A stretch of 64,000 nucleotides of DNA. Source: an uncultured Nitrososphaeraceae archaeon (GTDB taxonomy: Archaea; Thermoproteota; Nitrososphaeria; Nitrososphaerales; Nitrososphaeraceae). The stretch spans positions 339,683 through 403,682 of the forward strand of contig CAVSMN010000012.1 in assembly GCA_963729045.1 (NCBI GenBank). The letters are read 5' to 3'. Positions 61,600 through 64,000 of the stretch are shown piece by piece (position 1 is the stretch's first letter; every line of letters starts with the position of its first letter). Under the pieces are notes generated by a model that saw only the letters and a program-made list of their open reading frames with translations, was not told the origin of the DNA and made no database searches. The translations under genes and the position numbers were made by a program.

Positions 61600-62735
61600 A
61601 TGCCATACCCAACTATCGAAACCCTCGATTATTACCAAAGAAAGTTTCAATTTTTTTTGAATTATTTGGAAATAGATGGAGATGATATTGCAGCTCAAGC
61701 AAATAATCTCTACAATAAGATAAAACAAGAGGGTAAAGATTCAGAATGGTTTCGTGATGTGCTTATAGATTATATTGACTATCAGAGATCACGTGTCTCG
61801 GGAAAAGAGATAACCGCTGGAACCCTTCGCAACTACTATAAACCCATTAAATTATTTTGCGATATGAATGACATTTTAGTTAACTGGAAACTTGTAAACA
61901 GGGGTATGCCTTCACCAAAAAGAGCCGGCCAAGATAGAACTCCTACAATTGATGAAATTCATTCGATCCTAGAATTTGGGGATATTCGGATTAAACCAAT
62001 AGTTTTGCTTATGGTGTCATCTGGCATTCGGGTTGGAGCATGGGAATATTTAAGATGGAAAAATGTAACTCCTATATACAATAAGGATGGCGTTTTGTTG
62101 GCTGCAAGGTTGATCGTATATGCGGGAGAACCTGAAGAATATTTAACTTTCATCACTCCTGAAGCATATAAGGCCCTCGAAGATTGGATGAACTTTCGCA
62201 AATCCTATGGTGAACGAATTTCAGGTGAATCATGGCTTATGCGAGACATGTGGCGGACAACAGACATGGAATACGGCGCAAAAACTGGAATGGCTCATGA
62301 TCCAATCCAACTCCAAGCAGGGGGCGTCAGAAGTCTCATCCAACGTGCTTTATTCAAACAAAACATTAGACCCTTATTACAAAAGGATCAAAGAAGACAT
62401 GAGTTCAAAGCGTTACATGGCTTTAGAAAATACTATAAAACAGTTTGTGAACAGGCAATGAAACCAGCAAATATCGAACTATTAATTGGCCATAACCTTG
62501 GAATATCTCATAGTTATTACAAACCAACTGAAGCACGGGCTTCTTGAAGATTATCTAGAGTCGTAAATGACCTAACAATTGATAAGGCATTCCGTCTACA
62601 GCAACAGGTAACAGTTCTACAAAAAGATAAAGATGAAGAAATATATCGACTAAGAAGAGATCATGAATTAACTCTCGACAATTTTGCTGCATTAAGTGAT
62701 AAGGTTTCAAAACTGGTCAAGAAATCGAATTCCTA
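61600..62735 (+). CDS. Tyrosine recombinase/integrase (frameshifts likely near both ends)
   Basis: Catalytic residues 'SSGIRVG', 'HGFRK', 'LIGH', 'SYY'; ~150 bp downstream of a tRNA. Confidence 0.9.
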
Positions 62736-62805
62736 AATGCAGGAAAAGAAAAGCGTTACTAATAAGTGGGAGAAGGAGGATCTTGTTTATTTTTCAATAG
62801 TTTAT

Positions 62806-63899
62806 TTATTTTTGATTGTTTGATCGCAAAGTTAACTGAAGGACGTCTGAACTGATCTTAGTCAATACTATATCATCAGGAAAGCCGTAACCACTGAGAA
62901 TATGTGCCATTTGATTAATGGAAGGTCCAGGACCATGTAAATTTAAAAATGATAATCCTGACGGATTATTTATTGTCAATAATTAAAGTATTAAGTATAT
63001 CCAAACTACTCAAATTATGAGAAGTCTTTTTGGAGGATTTAGTTGGGTCATAATGTAGCATCTGCAGGTAATAATTTTTTAAATATTTTGATTTAGAATT
63101 GATAAGTTGGTTTTCATATTTTTTGAAGTTGGACAAATATCCTTCTGTAATATTAGGATCGTTTTTTAATAAGTCAGTTATGATGCTCCAAAACTTTAGT
63201 AATAAGAGTATAGTGTGCAATTAAATAGCGAATGTCATTAATACCATCGCAATAAATACGTTCAATTATTTTTGGATCAAGTTTTACTATTTTTTTTGGC
63301 CTATTGCACTTGGAACATTTGTTATTCTCAATCCATAATAGATGCCGCTCTCAAGACAATGTCGACACATTAACCAGTTTTTTGAATTTCTTGTTGAGGC
63401 TGCTCTAGTTCCATATGAATAGGAATCTTTGATTAGTTTTAAAATATTGTAATTCGAAATATGAAATTTTTCAGTTAGAGATTGCTCTCACATTGCTTGT
63501 AAGGGAGTATCAAGCAATTTGTTATGCATAAAGAACAATCTTCACAGTTTAATATGGCATCTCTTGAAAATAATTCTGGACGGGATTCATATTTAAGGTC
63601 ATTAAATACCTCTTTGAGAGAAGCAAATGAAATCGAGCAAAATAAACACAATATAGATATCTTGTTAGGTTTGGGTGAAACTTTATGCTAATCCTCTTAC
63701 TAAGTTTGTGAATCTGGGAATTTTCATAATCTTGAGGGAGAAGTGGATTGTTATTTTGATTCGAATGTCGATTCGGATATCTCAATTCTAAATCGTTTGA
63801 AAGTATTTCCCCCCACTTTTTTTCAAAATCTAAAATATCTTCGAGGGTATGAGGAGTGAAAGGTAAAATTCTATGAATCTCTTCTGGCCCAATTTTCAT
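62806..63899 (-). CDS. Hypothetical protein, probably one gene broken by indels (island cargo)
   Basis: ORFs 63549-63899 and 62966-63220 are bridged and extended by open frames (…WLMCRHCLESGIYYG…, …LHGPGPSINQMAHILSGYG…). Confidence 0.4.
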
Positions 63900-64000
63900 T
63901 TCTTTTTCTTGAGTGGGAGGAAAATGTAAAATACTCGTGTTGTTTGTAAAAGTTTTTGGCGTTATATTCTAGAGCGTCTGTGATTTCAACAATATTCTTT

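Larger units (their letters stand above)
61452..64000. mobile_element. Left end of an element integrated at tRNA-Arg(GCG)
   Basis: tRNA immediately followed by an integrase and non-core cargo; right end is outside the window. Confidence 0.6.

Overview
AT-rich archaeal chromosome segment from an ammonia-oxidising archaeon (Nitrososphaerota, family Nitrososphaeraceae, probably Ca. Nitrosocosmicus-like). This is inferred from the archaeal 16S/23S rRNA with no spacer tRNA or adjacent 5S, rps26e, split MetH, PhaEC and the low GC. Many essential genes (polB, thrS, pyrG, NAD kinase) carry single-base frameshifts, which I read as long-read/assembly indels. Layout: (1) 1-14 kb, accessory genes (GT2, uvsE, TIGR01777, HAD, two K+ channels, SQR, nitroreductase) and gene relics. 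(2) 14-22 kb, decayed mobile DNA stacked at an intron-containing tRNA-Arg(TCT): a virus/plasmid-like cassette with a tandem-domain ThyX and small Zn-finger ORFs, an integrase stub, and a 4.2-kb islet between 23-bp att repeats carrying a patatin, DUF1622 and an Apea-like HEPN protein. (3) 22-26.5 kb, a 1.6-kb non-coding stretch with an 11-bp repeat array and a 20-bp palindrome, then phaE-phaC facing a haloarchaeal-type phaR and an alpha/beta hydrolase. (4) 26.7-32 kb, rRNA operon on the minus strand with long hairpin-rich spacers. (5) 33-49 kb, core genes. (6) 49-57 kb, an unusual cluster (NDP-sugar dehydrogenase, PIG-L deacetylase, two ATP-grasp ligases, a BshC-like ligase with a Zn-ribbon insert, PHP protein, processive GT2), which is my best candidate for an undescribed biosynthetic system. 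(7) metH, then tRNA-Arg(GCG) followed by a tyrosine integrase that starts another island. All family assignments come from motif recognition by eye; no searches were run.
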